DNA of 64,000 bases from Phoronis australis (taxonomy: Eukaryota; Animalia; Phoronida), in NCBI GenBank assembly GCA_002633005.1, contig NMRA01000070.1, forward strand, positions 1,058,036 through 1,122,035. Reading direction: 5' to 3'. Made by a program: the position numbers and the translations under genes. Shown here piece after piece: positions 13,663 through 26,792 of the stretch. Numbering within the stretch: position 1 is the first letter of the stretch; each line of letters opens with the position of its first letter. The notes under the pieces were generated by a model. It ran no database searches. It was not told the DNA's origin and was given only the letters and a program-made list of their open reading frames with translations.

Positions 13663-14196
13663 CATGACAACGTTTTCCCGGTCAGTGACTTTACCAGACG
13701 TAGGGGGTGCTGAGCGTGTGATAACATCTATAGCTTCTTTGTTAGCTGGCAAGCCCACTCTCTTGTATGTTATTACAACAAGCAGACCAATTATCTACTA
13801 GGTTTGTTACAGACCACGCGTGAACACAGGCAAACTCAAAGTGAATTGGTGTATTCGGAAAGAATATATTGTCGTAACTTTGGTTGCAGTTGGGCGATTT
13901 TGGCGATTCAAAAACTAAACATGATCACCATTTGACGAAGATTCAAAGAGACTATTGGTTTATTTTCACATATGTTTTAACTTATATTTTATTTTTAAAG
14001 GCACAGCCCAGTCAGGGTAGATACGATCTTATTGGAGATTAGAGCAATTATCGAACAAAAGAGAGCTGGCCCTCCAACCATAAATGCCAGAATGGAGTTA
14101 ATCAGTCGTGTAAGATATTGGCTAGAGGAGTAAACTTCCCAACTTGTTGTTGAGCCATAGAAACGAAGTTGGGAGCAACGGGAAAACGCCGTAATG
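13663..14196. repeat. Interspersed repeat (unclassified), copy 1
   Basis: Collinear similarity to 38454-39290, e.g. cagtgactttaccagacgtagggg...gcacagcccagtcagggtagata...acgccgtaatg. Confidence 0.85.
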
Positions 14197-14390
14197 TGTA
14201 TGAAAATGTAACAATGACGTAAAATGTAATAGTTGTTACATTTTACGGCGTATCAGTGCCATTAAAAATACATTAATTGCAGGCGGTCTGATACATGTTG
14301 TAGCAGACGTGCTCAGGCCGCGCATGTGGGCCCATTACACTGATCACCTGAAACCATTTTTATGCCTAGTAATACATACAATATGTAATA

Positions 14391-14919
14391 ATAAAAACAA
14401 CAACGGATTTAAAACGGCTTGACATGTTTCGGTGTCGTTTAATTTAAACACCATCATCAGAAGAGAGGACATATAGTGGCCACCTCAGTAGCGAGGCCTA
14501 ACAACAAGTGATGAAACAGTAGTGTACAAATTTATCTGTGATGGATGTAGCTCCAGTTATATAGGCGAAACTGTTCGCCATTTGAAAACCAGGCCCAGGG
14601 AGCATCTAAATTCTGACAGAGGGTCACATTTAAATATCCATCCACAGCTAGAGCTCCAATCGTTGTTATCAGCAATGCTCTTTCAATGACTCTGCTAGCA
14701 GAAACAACAAAGGTGTGCAAGCCCAACCTCAATAGGTACATGTAACTGGCACACCACATGTTGTCATTGTTGGTCTAGTTTATTGTCACTCCCTGTAACT
14801 GTCTGTGTCTGTGTTTCATCACTTGTTGTTGGGCCTAGTTAGGCGGCCACTATACTCTCTCTTCTTCTGATGATGGTGTTTAAATAAACGACACCGTTTT
14901 AAATCCGTTGTTATTTTTT
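14391..14919 (+). mobile_element. 5'-truncated Penelope-like element with inverted pLTR
   Basis: From 14519: VVYKFICDGCSSSYIGETVRHLKTRPREHL...KPNLNR (GIY-YIG endonuclease). Flanked by inverted copies of the 3' pLTR (14391-14518 vs 14812-14919) that contain a hammerhead core. Confidence 0.85.
14418..14463 (-). ncRNA. Type I minimal hammerhead ribozyme
   Basis: Minus strand CUU-CUGAUGA-U-GGUGU-(loop)-ACACC-GAAA-CAUGUC-AAG: canonical core, 5-bp stem II, palindromic ACAUGU stem III, GUC cleavage triplet, 3-bp stem I. Confidence 0.8.
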
Positions 14920-16859
14920 ACTTGGCGAAATTCTATCGAACTCGCCAAGTTTGTTGCTTTGACATCAATTTTTTTTGTTCGCACTCTGCAGGTTGCATTT
15001 TCGGCCGATTTCCACGAAATTTAGACACAAGCTCTTGTTCCGGAATTCCTAAAAGCATACTGTTTTTGTTATGATCGGATCTAAGATGGCGGACGTGGCT
15101 GCCATTTTGTTTTCAATTTCAGATTCAAACACTAGTAGAGGCTGTAAGTTTTAGGTTCACGGCTGAAAATCAGCATGTATATTGTACCATACATGTTCTA
15201 CATTTGTGCTGAGAATCATTTACTTCCGATTAACGATGGCGGAAATATAGGCAAGTGCCCATGCGCACCTCGATTTCAGGCAAAAAAACGTTTTCTCCTG
15301 TAGAGGACGCATTATAAAACCAATTTCAGTTAATAATTTTTCATAAAATGCTATTATTCAGATTTAAAAACCGGAAGTTGCTTTTAAGATGGCGGATCTG
15401 GCGCTAATAGTCTCCTGCACAGACCCACGAGATTGGTTGGCGTCTGCTACAGGGCAGTTTTCCATCCGCATTCTTGGAATATCATTGGCTGTTCCGATTT
15501 CAAGAAACAAGGCATTCTATTGGTCAGTTGTATAATAGGTCAAACTAGTTCACCAACATGGCGACTTCCAGTGAAAGAATGTCGGTGGATTTACAGCTGC
15601 TTAAATTTTTCTGTTTTGATCGAACTCCTGCATTTCAAAGCTACCGAGTCAAGGAATACATCACCAGTAACGTATACGAAACATTTTATGATAATTTTCC
15701 AGTATACTATGCTGGATTCTGAAGTAATGTGATTTTTTACGAAATAATTTGTGGAAGAAATAGGCACTACCTGCCATTACCATTATCCCATTAGACCACC
15801 CAAACAACAGTCGCGTACTATACCACCGAAAAGCGGGAAAGGACTAGCTGAGTGCGTCGCGGCCACGGGAGATTGTCTCGATCTTTTCAGAGTACACCCT
15901 CTCGTATGTTAACATCTTCATGTGCGTTATATATACGTTCCCGTGAATGCCGTGAAGGTTGAACTGGTGGGTCAGATAAGGATATAATACACTGTCACTG
16001 GCACACTTGTCACTTCTAACAGGAGTTAGGAGCATAAAAATACAGTCAATGGTCCTAAATACGCAAACATTAATCAGTCTAGCAATAGCGTTATAATGAC
16101 TGATTTTATCGCTTTTGGCGGTGCCATTCAGCAGTGCCTTTGACTCCCATCGTACAGTCATACGGAGTATTCAATTACGGTATTTCGGAGGTTGTTTGTT
16201 GCTGTGAAATTATGATTATACCCACTCTTTTCTATAATCAGCAACATAAAACCTCACCCTTTTGTGAGTTGGCGCAGTCATTAAAACTGACCCATTTTGA
16301 TGAGAGCCTCAACTTAATGAAAGAGTCAACTTTTCTGATAAAATAATTACGTAAAGTTATTATTTACAGGGAATTGAATTTCAACAAGAATCTCTCTGGG
16401 CTGTATTCTTTTTAACACAACAAGCCTCAGTTGTATGTGAAATCTTCAGTGGTTTTGGTGGAAAAATCATCAATGAGTAAATATTTTTGTGTGGAATTTA
16501 TTTGGTAATTCGCCCTTTCATGCTGACTGTTGCAATGCCTGAGTGTCCTCTCTCTCCTGGACCCCGACTCGTCGACTGTTTCATTTTTTGCTTTCCGCAT
16601 TCACATGACATCAAGTGTTGCAGTTTGCAACAATCATCTATTAATTTCAGTCTAATTGCAAAACAATGTCTCGGAACCATTCTAAAACATTCCGAAACTA
16701 CTAAGGTTCGCTGTAATCAAAGCATCCTCGAGTTAGACATTGTAAGCAAGTGGATTTAAAAACCTGGTTCGTTGAAATGACTAGTTGCAAAAACATCTCA
16801 CAAATTCAAAATTGGGAGCTCAAGGTACTTCAAAGATTTTGAGTTAGGTCACTTAACGC

Positions 16860-17750
16860 AAATTGACGGTTTATTGCGCGTTAGATGGGTTGGATTGTTT
16901 TCCAGGCAATAGTCACTCACTGGCAATCCGCATTTTGAGAACAAGTTTTAATGTCTGCTATGCAGTGAAAAACAGGTTCCTGTTATGCTGTTGAAAACAC
17001 TGCATGGTTCTCAAAGTGGGGGTCACCTGTATGTGACTATTACCATTGTGTTTGCTCAGTGTTTTGAACAACATGCTAGTGTGTCATTCTTGTGGTTAGG
17101 ATCTACATAATACAGCAGTGATTTTAGTCAACATTTCAGTCTTTTCGAACAGTTTTTCAAAATTACAAATTTGACTCCTATTGAGGGGGCCTCCTCGTGG
17201 CAAGAGTTGGGCAGTGTGAATTGCTTCAGAACATTTGCACTGGCAAACACCCTCACGTTGACTTAAAATTAAAACCCGCGATGTCATTAATGTGTTCCTA
17301 GAAACATTACACTCATAGGCTACAAATCACACAACTGTCATGAAATTTGTCTAACCATTGGGAACTTTATTTTGCTGATGTATTGATCAGAAATATGGTT
17401 TAGGTTAGGGATAGACTGCAGTACTAAGTCTGGGCACTATAGTGATGGGGCGCACAACAGGGCTACCCCATCTTCATTGCCGACCCTTTCCCTGATAGAA
17501 ACTCATTCCGGTTTTGTGCTTGCCTAGCTCCCATGTCCCTTGTTCATGCAGTGCCTCCAGGTTGCCTCTCATCACAATCACAATCATTGGTCACCAACAA
17601 TTTCTGTTGAATAATTCTGACTACACCAATGGTGCTGGGGAAATAGGTCATTAAAGACCCGACTACCATTCAAATTGCACATTCACTGCCTTGTGAAAGC
17701 ATAGACCATTATTAAAATAACACCTGGGCCCTGGGTTTCAACTTTTTACT
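16860..17750 (+). mobile_element. Ty3/Gypsy integrase relic (heavily decayed)
   Basis: DGLLRV...LLKTLHGSQSGGHL...VCHSC (HHCC zinc finger), then SDYT...IKDPTTIQIAHSL resembling the start of the rve core. Multiple frameshifts. Confidence 0.45.
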
Positions 17751-17949
17751 AGACATTATTTTTGTTATTTATGACAATTAATGATCCCAGCATTGGAGCT
17801 AAGAGTTTGAGTCTGAGCTCGAGGTTTTGCTTGAAATCTTGAGAATTTACTTAAATTTTAGTTCGAATCTAGTGGTCCTTAAGTACTATCTTGAACTTGA
17901 AAGGAAGTGGACTGGAAGTGACAAAAACAATTTCGAGTTCAATTTGGAT

Positions 17950-19300
17950 TGAAAGCATCACTCTAGAGGTGTATTTCCAAAACATGATGATCTAATAATC
18001 CCTTTTCAGGGTTTTAAATCAATCCATCAAGACTGAGCTAGAACCTGTTTAGCCCAAAAAGCATTTAAATACAATGTGGAGAATAAGAAAGCATCTGTAC
18101 TAAAATGAACCCATTTTACTGAAGTTACTTGTCCACAAAGTGTACCATTTTTTTAAGCTGCTATTAACCCAACCTTTTTTAGAACCGTCATGTAACAACA
18201 TAAGATTGGTCTCACTACCAACAATGTTGTTTTTGGCCTAAATAGTAGCACAATTCTAATCAAAATTGGTCGCATGGAGATTGCCATATCCAGCATGTGG
18301 ATTTGGATACTAGTGTTTGGTGTCAGTCTTCGCGTGTGTGCTCGTGGTTAGACTCTTGATCTCGTACTGTTCCTTACTGAGATTACATGTGGCACATTGG
18401 CTTCCGTTAGTTTGTTATTGCTTAAGACCTGGTGCAATAACCATGGCTTTGAGCAACAACAAAGTTTGAGTTCTTCCAAGTCCACTAAGGAACAAGTTGA
18501 GACAGGGATAGAAACATGGTTTGGAATTTTCTCTCGAGCATTTCATTTTTTTTTTGTTTTTATTTCCGTTTGTTTGATTTTAAACCTCTTTTTTATCATT
18601 ACTTTGACTTCATTCATGCAAAGACTTTTATTTTTATTCAATTTTACACGAAAAATATTTCTATCACACAACCCTATTTGTGAAACGATACGTCATCTCG
18701 AAAATTTTCCTCTTTTAGTCTTTCCAATTACTGTATCTAGTGGTAAGTTGTTCAGATCAAAATTTATTCTTTGTCACATACAATGCATTCATAGCACCTT
18801 TAAAGGAGTTTAATTCGAAGGAAATATTGAAGCCAGTAGACACCAGCTGATAAGCGCATTCTGAAATCAACAATTGTGCTTGTACTTTCCAAGATGTTCA
18901 ACCCACATTGTTAGTTATAGGGATAAGGTTCATTCCACCATCCTTGGGCTTTCAGGGTACTCTCCTTAAACCATTCCAAGGGGGGACTCCCACAGGTTTA
19001 TACAGGACATGACACTCAGCTGGGTGATTTCTTTCAAACAATTTCTCTTCAAAATGGTGCTTGAAAAATCCCTACCAAAGAAAACTCTTTCCCATGAATA
19101 CAACGGGTTTCACTCTGGAAGTTAAAAACACTGCAAATGGTACATTTTCCTACTGCAGAAGGGGCTTTATTACGATACTTGTATTTTTAAAACATCGGGC
19201 ACCAGACTCATTTTTGACAATAGGAATCTCTGAGCCGGCTTCTTCAAGCTTAATGAGTGAAAAAGACAGCTGTCCAAGAATTGCTACGAAAGAATTCAGT
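17950..19300 (-). mobile_element. Possible L1/Tx1-clade LINE ORF2 relic
   Basis: Minus strand PKDGGMNL near 18925-18950 resembles the L1-clade GG motif; the minus strand is A-rich. Boundaries are uncertain. Confidence 0.3.
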
Positions 19301-20050
19301 TGTTAGCATTAACCCTTATAAAAAGATCGTGCATTTGTAACATTAGGCTACATTTTCATTGAACTCCAAACCTCAGATCACATACCTAATGTTTTTTAGC
19401 TACTGTCTAAGTGGGTGGAGATTCTTCTAGTACCAGATTATTTATAAAACTAGAGCTTAGGGCTTATTTGCGACATCTCTCGGGTATTTTCGTAGCTACA
19501 AATTTATCCTCGGAACAACTAGAGCACCTCGGCTATTTTCCTATTTACAAATTTTTCTTCGAAACACTTCGGTTATTTTCGTAGCCTCAACTATCCTCTC
19601 AGAGATTAACGTTATCCAAAATATGGGAAGTCACGTGATTTTCAGTCTTGAGAATAGTATGCTAACTGAACACTGCACACTTGCACAGTGCGTTTGAGGT
19701 TACGAAAACACCCAAGGTGTTCTGGATGCCCTTGGAAGCAATTGTTTTCAGTGCATGCTTGAACTTTGGTCATTATGGCCAATTATTCTCCACTACGTTT
19801 GAAAGTCAACACACGTTAAACTCACCAAGGTGATTTGAATTGCTTAGTACCCTTAAGTTGTGCAGGATCCCACCTCAAAGAGGGAAATGGGAAGAAAATA
19901 CTATGGCAACGAGGGGAGGGGTGTAGCTCGAGAATTGTTGCTACCTGGAGGGTAGAAAATTGTGGTGTTCTAGGGAGTGAACACTGTGTCGGCCACGATT
20001 GTACGAAGTGGTGGAAATTGGGCGCCAGCTGTGTCTACTGTAACAATGCA

Positions 20051-20203
20051 CAGTGACAGATTTAGGGGGGGGGCAAGGGGGCAATGGCTCAGCCTAAAGT
20101 TCTCCCAGATTCCATTTGGAAGTTTGGGGGTGCGAATGCCTGACGAGCAAAATACTTTGCCCCTGCCCCCCTCCCCCAACTCAAAATCCTGGATCCGCCC
20201 CTT
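20051..20203. mobile_element. Short hAT-like MITE (CAG.GGCGGAT terminus family)
   Basis: cagtgacagatttagggggg...aaaatcctggatccgcccct. A related inverted copy lies at about 25510-25645 and a lone end at about 11665. Confidence 0.6.
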
Positions 20204-20526
20204 CTGTAAGAGATCTAAACAATTCATAAAAAGCTTTCAAATAATGAAACTGCAAAATGCCAAGTAAAAAGGGTAAAGCCATTGTCAATTCAGGTTTATT
20301 TACATGAATCGACAATTACATGAATTTCAGCTGCTCAGTTTGTTGATAATATAACAATATAAACAGCTACTTCACCAGAGACTTCGACCGCAAACGCAAC
20401 CCAAAAATAACTTTTTACTCGTGCGACACCTTGCGACCTCATAGCTTATTACCGGATATAAGCATGCACACGTCGACTTCCTGGTTAAAATTGCCAGCTA
20501 ACAGCCAATGAAATCCATCGTTCTAG

Positions 20527-20592
20527 TACCCTGTACCTGGGCCTTCACAAGCCATCAGTGACGTCAGCTTGTGAGGCCCGGGAACCAGGTTA
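20527..20592. repeat. Small hairpin / mini-MITE
   Basis: gggccttcacaagc...gcttgtgaggccc arms around a loop that contains TGACGTCA. Confidence 0.6.
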
Positions 20593-21000
20593 TGGCGCAT
20601 ATTGACATATCTTCAGTTGTGCAGGGGTGCCATTTTAAACGGATGAGAAAATAACGTGAATTTTTGCATGTGGATTTCCTGATGAATACCCTTCCCAATG
20701 GCCTGTAACAATTTTTTCTCAGACTTACCGCTTTCGAGTTATTTGACTTTGAATTTCAAAAAAGGCAAAATTTCAATTTTTTCGATAAATCCACGGAATT
20801 TTTTAAAACTGACTTGTTAGATAGTCTTTTTATTGGGCTTTCAGGAAATGTTTTCATTCTTCGCTACGGCGTCTACTTTTTGAATTATTTGAGATTTTCT
20901 GATAGCGCTGTTCCTTTGTTGACCGGACTTGCTGCACTGACTGTTGGTTTAGCTTCCAATGAACAAGACAGTACCCTATTTTTTACTGATTTCAGACATC

Positions 21001-21235
21001 TTCGCTAGTCATATGAATGCCATTGTTCATAATCGCCACCTTCATCATCATAATCATCGTCGTCGTCGCCATCTCCATCGTCGCCTTTTCAGTTAATTTT
21101 GCCAAGTGTCGCACATTCGCTAGTCATGGATGTCAATCATGTTGTTCATACTCGCCACCTTCATCGTCATAACCGTCATCGTCGTCATCATCTCCATCGT
21201 CGTCGTTTCGATTAATTTCGCCCACAAGGGTCGCT
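21001..21235. repeat. Tandem duplication of about 115 bp with (CAT/CGT)n core
   Basis: ttcgctagtcat...tcgccaccttcatc...catctccatcgtcg...ttaattt occurs twice (21001 and 21116). Confidence 0.8.
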
Positions 21236-22417
21236 CCTCCGAGCGCTCTCGTTATTTTACATTAAAATATATGGTAATACTTGCTAAATTGGAGATTTTT
21301 TTTTCAAATATACAATGTAGTTAAAACCGAGCCGAAGAGCTAGAAGCCTGACTCACTTAGGGTTTAGCCGCTGATACAATGGGACCCCACAGTGTGCCCA
21401 ATGATCGCTAACATGGTCATTTGTCCTACGCTTATGTAACCCCCACTTAATTGAGCATTAACATCGCCCAGACGAAGTCTAGACTGAGGCTAGCCTCAGT
21501 CTAACCGCGCATCTGAGCTTAATGGAAAGAACTTTTCGATCAGCCCTCTAGCTTTAATTTGCGAAAATCACTACCGACGTTTGGACATTTGGGAAACCAG
21601 GCATCACAAGGTATGATTGTGCTGCTTGATGAACTTGGAATTACGCTTACTATAACATATACTGGGTCAACTTGGACCCAAGTGTTGTTATAAGCCCATA
21701 GTGTTTAAATTGTTGTTCGTTATTGGATTGTTGTAATCAGTGGCAACACAATCACGCATTTCCTCCTTTAACGGAACTAATTTCATAAAGTCGGAGGAAT
21801 CTGTGAACGATTGATCAATTATTGTTTGGTGAATAAGATCGTCAGTTGTTCAGAAAGCCAATAAAGGTTTATTAAAATTTACATTATTTGACGAACACGC
21901 GATTTATTTTAGTGCATTGCAATTTTTCTCACCGTGAATGTGATTATTTCATCTTGTTCAATGGTGAACTAGTGCAAAACAAAAATCAGAAAGAGCCAAT
22001 TTTAGTCAATAGCCTTAGGTTGAAATGCAAGAAAAAGGCACTTTTGGGTGTGAACAACTATTAAGGGGGGGGGTCTTAAACATGCGCGCACCAATGGGGG
22101 CTCTGAAGGCTCGAATGAGTCACCTATTTGGCGAAATGGGCAAAAGGGTCCGCCTCAGAGAAATGAAAACTAGCAAAAAGTAGAAAACGAGACAAAAGTC
22201 CACCAAAAAGGCAGGAACTATCAAAAACTGTCGAATGCACAAATCATAACTCTTTACGTACATGTATCCAATGATTCTTAGTAAAAAGTCCACATTCTCA
22301 AAAATTCCGAGTCCCCCCATTTTATAGGCTGGGTGCACGCATGTTAGGTGCCATCTATAGACAGACTTACCGTAGAGCAAGTTACTCCGGGAATGAGTTT
22401 TGAAACTTGGTTTGGAG

Positions 22418-23251
22418 CAGTAGCGGATCTAGGATATCACAAGGGGGGCCCAACATTTTCCCGGCTGTAAGCATTTGCGCAAACCACGATTGTAGATGCG
22501 CAGAGCACCGAATGGAAGGAGGTCGGGAGGGGGGTTTGCCCCCTTCCCGCCCAGGAAATTTTCCTGTTTTTTCCTCTAAAAATCAAGCATTTTCCTTGAT
22601 TTCTGATGTATTATCCAAGAAAAAAAGAAAAACAAAACACGGAGAACGTGTCACACAGGAAAAATTGCAAGATTCACAGACTCGAACTCACGACCTGGCT
22701 GATAGGACGCGCGTGCTTTACCACTACACCACCACGACTTCACTAACAAACAGAAACTAAGAGACCTACTTGTTTATGGTCCACAGCGTTTGCGCGCGAA
22801 ACCTATTTCTTTTTGTAATGCTTATTACACATTTTATATTTTGTGTAATCGGTTCTTAACAAATTTGTTGTATTTAAAATAGTGTTCAAAAGCCCAAAAG
22901 ACCAAATCCGTTTTTCGTGTTGGCAATAATGACGGGATTGCTTTGGAAATCGTCTTAAGTTAAGGTTTGACAAAGAGAGAATTAATGAGTTTCTGAGTGA
23001 TTCACTTAGGCTNGGAATTGCTGACCAGCACATGCGCAACCAGGGAGGCTTGGGGGCTGAATAAATAATGCATAGGCCCTGAACAAATCCAGTTTACCGT
23101 TTTTATTTTTTGAGTCAAAAGGTTCGCAATCCCAAAATTCGAGACCCCTGCACCCCTACACTTTAGGCTGGGCGAGCGCATCTGCCGAAATTCTGCTTAT
23201 TCAAGTTCCTGTGCCCTGCCCCCCTAACTCAAAATTCTGGATCCGCCCCTG
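22418..23251 (+). mobile_element. hAT-like non-autonomous element with embedded tRNA-derived segment, copy A
   Basis: Ends CAGTAGCGGATCTAGGAT...TTCTGGATCCGCCCCTG. The flanks gtttggag/ctttggcg match at 6/8, a possible TSD. 22418-23012 matches 26792-26210 in inverted orientation. An N lies at 23013. Confidence 0.65.
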
Positions 23252-25803
23252 CTTTGGCGAGGAATTCCACCTCCTGACATTTGGTCACCGTTAACTTTTT
23301 CACCACACGCGCGCTAACCACAAAGTCCTTCAGCTGAGTCACGTCCTGTTAGGCAAAGGCTAACGCGAGACTGAGCGAATCGCTGTCAAAGCACAAAAAT
23401 CTTCCTAAATTTCGCTGCGTACTACATGTATATCACACACGAGTCGGGTCAAGATCAAATAGGTTACGGAATAATCTGATGAGTTACGAATGGGCGGCAA
23501 TTGCCGGTTCATCACGGAAGCGTATGAAATGGTCTGGGCATAGACAGATGTCTATACATGTAGGTCTGGATAAGTGTGGGGTTATTGATGTCGTGACTTT
23601 CCGTGACAAACCGGCAAGTTCCGTGTAGCATATTGACGGTACGCAGCGGCATTTCGGGGAGATATTTTCCTTTGACCGCGAATTTATTGCGAACTCGGTG
23701 GAGTAGGAGACCGTACATGGTATTGCCATTGGGAGAAAGAACAATTCCTCATGTGTTGTTGAAATCCTGTTTTGTGTTAATTTATCGAGTTTTGTGTTTG
23801 CTGTGGACGGCTGAAGTGAAGCGCCCGTGGAATTTCTAGTCTGGAGTGTAATACCTTGTAGTATTCTATATAGTGTATTGGGGACGGTCAGAAGATGAGG
23901 ACGCCTGTGGTACTTTGTATTGGGTTTGGAGACGATCAGAAGCTGAGAACGTCTGTGGAATAATTTGTATACTCCAGACATTGGCACGGAATTCAAAGCA
24001 CGGGAAATCTGAAGTTCCCTGTCAAAATCCTTCACTATTCTGTCACACACACTGGTTTCAAACTGCAGAAAATCTCTAAACAGGTCAAGTGTTCTTCAAC
24101 GGAAATTTCAAAATGGTGGTATTTAATGAGAGTCATCTGGTGGAAAGCTTTCTTTAAAAAATAAAATCGCACTGTAATACATCTGCTGGTAATTAAGTTT
24201 TCTTTCATGAAAACTGAAAATTTTACTGTCACACATCGAATGGTATTTTTTAAAAGAAAACTTAGTGTTAATTCAGTAAACGCCCTCCTGTGGGCAAGCC
24301 TATAACTGCCCTCATGTGTTCAAGTCTGTGTTTACTCCTCAAGCATTATGGCTCCAGCACCGTTTTTGTACTGGCCGGCCGGTAGAGAAGGGTTCACTTG
24401 GTTATTTTCGTTGGATGGTATTGGATCATTAGTGGCCCAGAAACGTAAACCGGTTTGCGGTACGCTCGGTAACAATCAACAAATATCCAGTAGTGGGCCA
24501 ATACTGTCATATTTACTGGGAAGGCATGTACAGTACGTGGTTTACTCAGGAATTTCGACCGACTCGAAAATGAGGGGAGGATTTTCGGGCCGTTATGCAA
24601 TATCCATCAGACCTACATGAATAGGGTACACGTAAAGCCTTAACTAAATTACTAACTGGAGTTTTCTGAGTAACCCAGCTAATAATCTCTCTAAAGTGCG
24701 GGGGTAGACCACAATCACGATACACCCCGGAAACGCCCAGTATACATACAACGCCTCTAATGGACATAAAGGACTAATGCTCCGGCATACTCCTGCATTA
24801 ACAGTCTTCGTTTTCTCCGACATTTTTCTATCATGTGTACACGTCGTTGACGCATTATTATAGCGACTCGTTGAATGAAGGGATTGAGGGTACATACGGA
24901 GCTGCTCTGTGACTGGCAGAAGATTCGGTTTGTGTGACTGCCCCGTAACCTTTGACCTCGGATAAGTAGTAAACAAACGTCCACACGGTTGGTTTGAGCT
25001 CTCCTTGAATACTTTTTATGTGTTTTTCATCGTATTTTTCACCAAGTTGTATACTTTTATCAAAGAATAGAATAAATCAGCGACAATTGATACATGTTTA
25101 CCTTTTTTCTTTCGTTTTTTTATTTCGTTTCGGTTAGCATTTGTTTAGAACACCAGCACAGAGTAGGAAAAGTAGTTATTTCGTGTCATACCGCTTGATA
25201 CATGTAACTCCTCTATCACATGTCTGTATCAACACGTATGGGTAATAATGAGTAATAGTTGCCGATAAAATTTCAAAACATGGCAGTCTTACCTGAGACC
25301 GGGGAAGCGTTCAATAACGCTTGGACCTCCCTTAGCAAGACTTCCCGAGATTACTCGAGATATTCCCAGCATGTATTTTAAATGAGAGTACTTTATATTG
25401 GATAGATTTTTCTTGCCACGAGACAGCCACTGAACTCTAACCAGCCCTTCGACTGTGAGTAAGACCAGGCCCATTCTCAACTTTAAACGTTTAGACCAGG
25501 ATTTTGTGTTAGAGGGGGAGGCAGGGCAATGTATTAGCCAGGGGTTTGACCTTCAGACCTTCTCACCCTCGAACAGCCAAATGGAATCTGGGAGAATTTT
25601 AGGGGGGCCATAGCTTCCTTGGTCCCCCTCTAAATCCGCTTCTGTAGAAGGACATCAATCTACATGTAGTTTTCTACAGAACATGTGCTACTATAAAAAT
25701 GTGGAGACTCTAAATATCAACACTTCAGGATGTTTCTGGCCTCACAGGAAAAATGAAAACCTACTGCACTGATTTGATCACAGAACAACAAAAACACTGA
25801 ACC

Positions 25804-26792
25804 CATAGGCGGATTTAGGGGGGTCCCCTGGCCCCCTTGGCTACCGCAAAAAAATAAAACAGCAAGAGGGTAGGGAAATGTTGAGCTTATTAATTAACCC
25901 CGGTAATTAAAAGTATACGGATGAAACAAGATTTAAATGTGTGCATTTTTAGTGTTGGGGGGGCCTCAGATCCAATTTCAAGTGTCAAATTCGGAACACG
26001 GCGCAATCGTAACGGAACTATTATAATAGCTAAGTATAGGATCTCCCGCGATATTCCAGGCGACTGGCAGTGGCGCTGGGCACAACGACTCTGTTTCCGT
26101 CGCCTGCTCCACTGTGCAATGAAGAAAATCACTTCATTTTTTAAAGAAAATGGAATCTGAGAGATGATGAAAAAACAAAAGCTGCTGGTAGGATGTCAAT
26201 TTTACTCGAAGCCTTAGTGAATCAATCAGAAACTCATAATTCTCTCTTTGGCAAACCTTAACTTAAGACGATTTCCAAAGCAATCGCGTCATTATTGCCA
26301 ACACAACATTTGGTCTTTTGCGCAATTGAAGACTATTTTTAATATGACAAATTTGTTACGAACTGATTGCACAAAATATAAAACATGTAATAAGCATTAC
26401 AAAAGAAGGAAGTTTCGCGCAAACGCTGTGAACCATAAACAAGTAGGTCTTTTAGTATCAAATTAGGCGTTAAGTGGGGGTGGTGTAGTGTTAAAGCACG
26501 TGCGCTATATCAGCCAGGTCGTGAGTTCGAATCTGTGGACTTTGCAGTTTTTGTTGTTTGACACTTTCTCCGTGTTTATTTTTTTGCCTTTTTTCTTGGA
26601 TAATACTTCGGGAATCAAGGAAAATGCTTGATTTTTAGAGGAAAAACAGAAAATTTTCCTAGGCGGGAGGGGGGCAAACCCCCTCCGACCTCCCCCCATT
26701 CGGTGCTACTCGCATCTACAATCGTGCTTTGAGCAAATGTTTACAAACAAAATGTTGCCCCCCCCCCTTGTGATATCCTAGATCCGCCACTG
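25804..26792 (-). mobile_element. hAT-like non-autonomous element with embedded tRNA-derived segment, copy B
   Basis: Ends CATAGGCGGATTTAGG...CCTAGATCCGCCACTG, flanked by a direct GAACC repeat. A-box-like TGGTGTAGTG at 26481 and B-box GTTCGAATC at 26525. Confidence 0.65.

Noticed and set aside
21480-21503. Perfect 24-bp palindrome TAGACTGAGGCTAGCCTCAGTCTA
   Set aside because: Real, but most simply two abutting MITE ends; there is no evidence of function.
23484-24050. 188-aa minus-strand ORF
   Set aside because: GTG start, no recognisable motif or splice context; not supportable as a gene.
26478-26540. Possible tRNA gene (also 22676-22735 and 55672-55740)
   Set aside because: A and B boxes are present, but the acceptor and anticodon stems do not form; these are repeat-embedded tRNA-derived segments.
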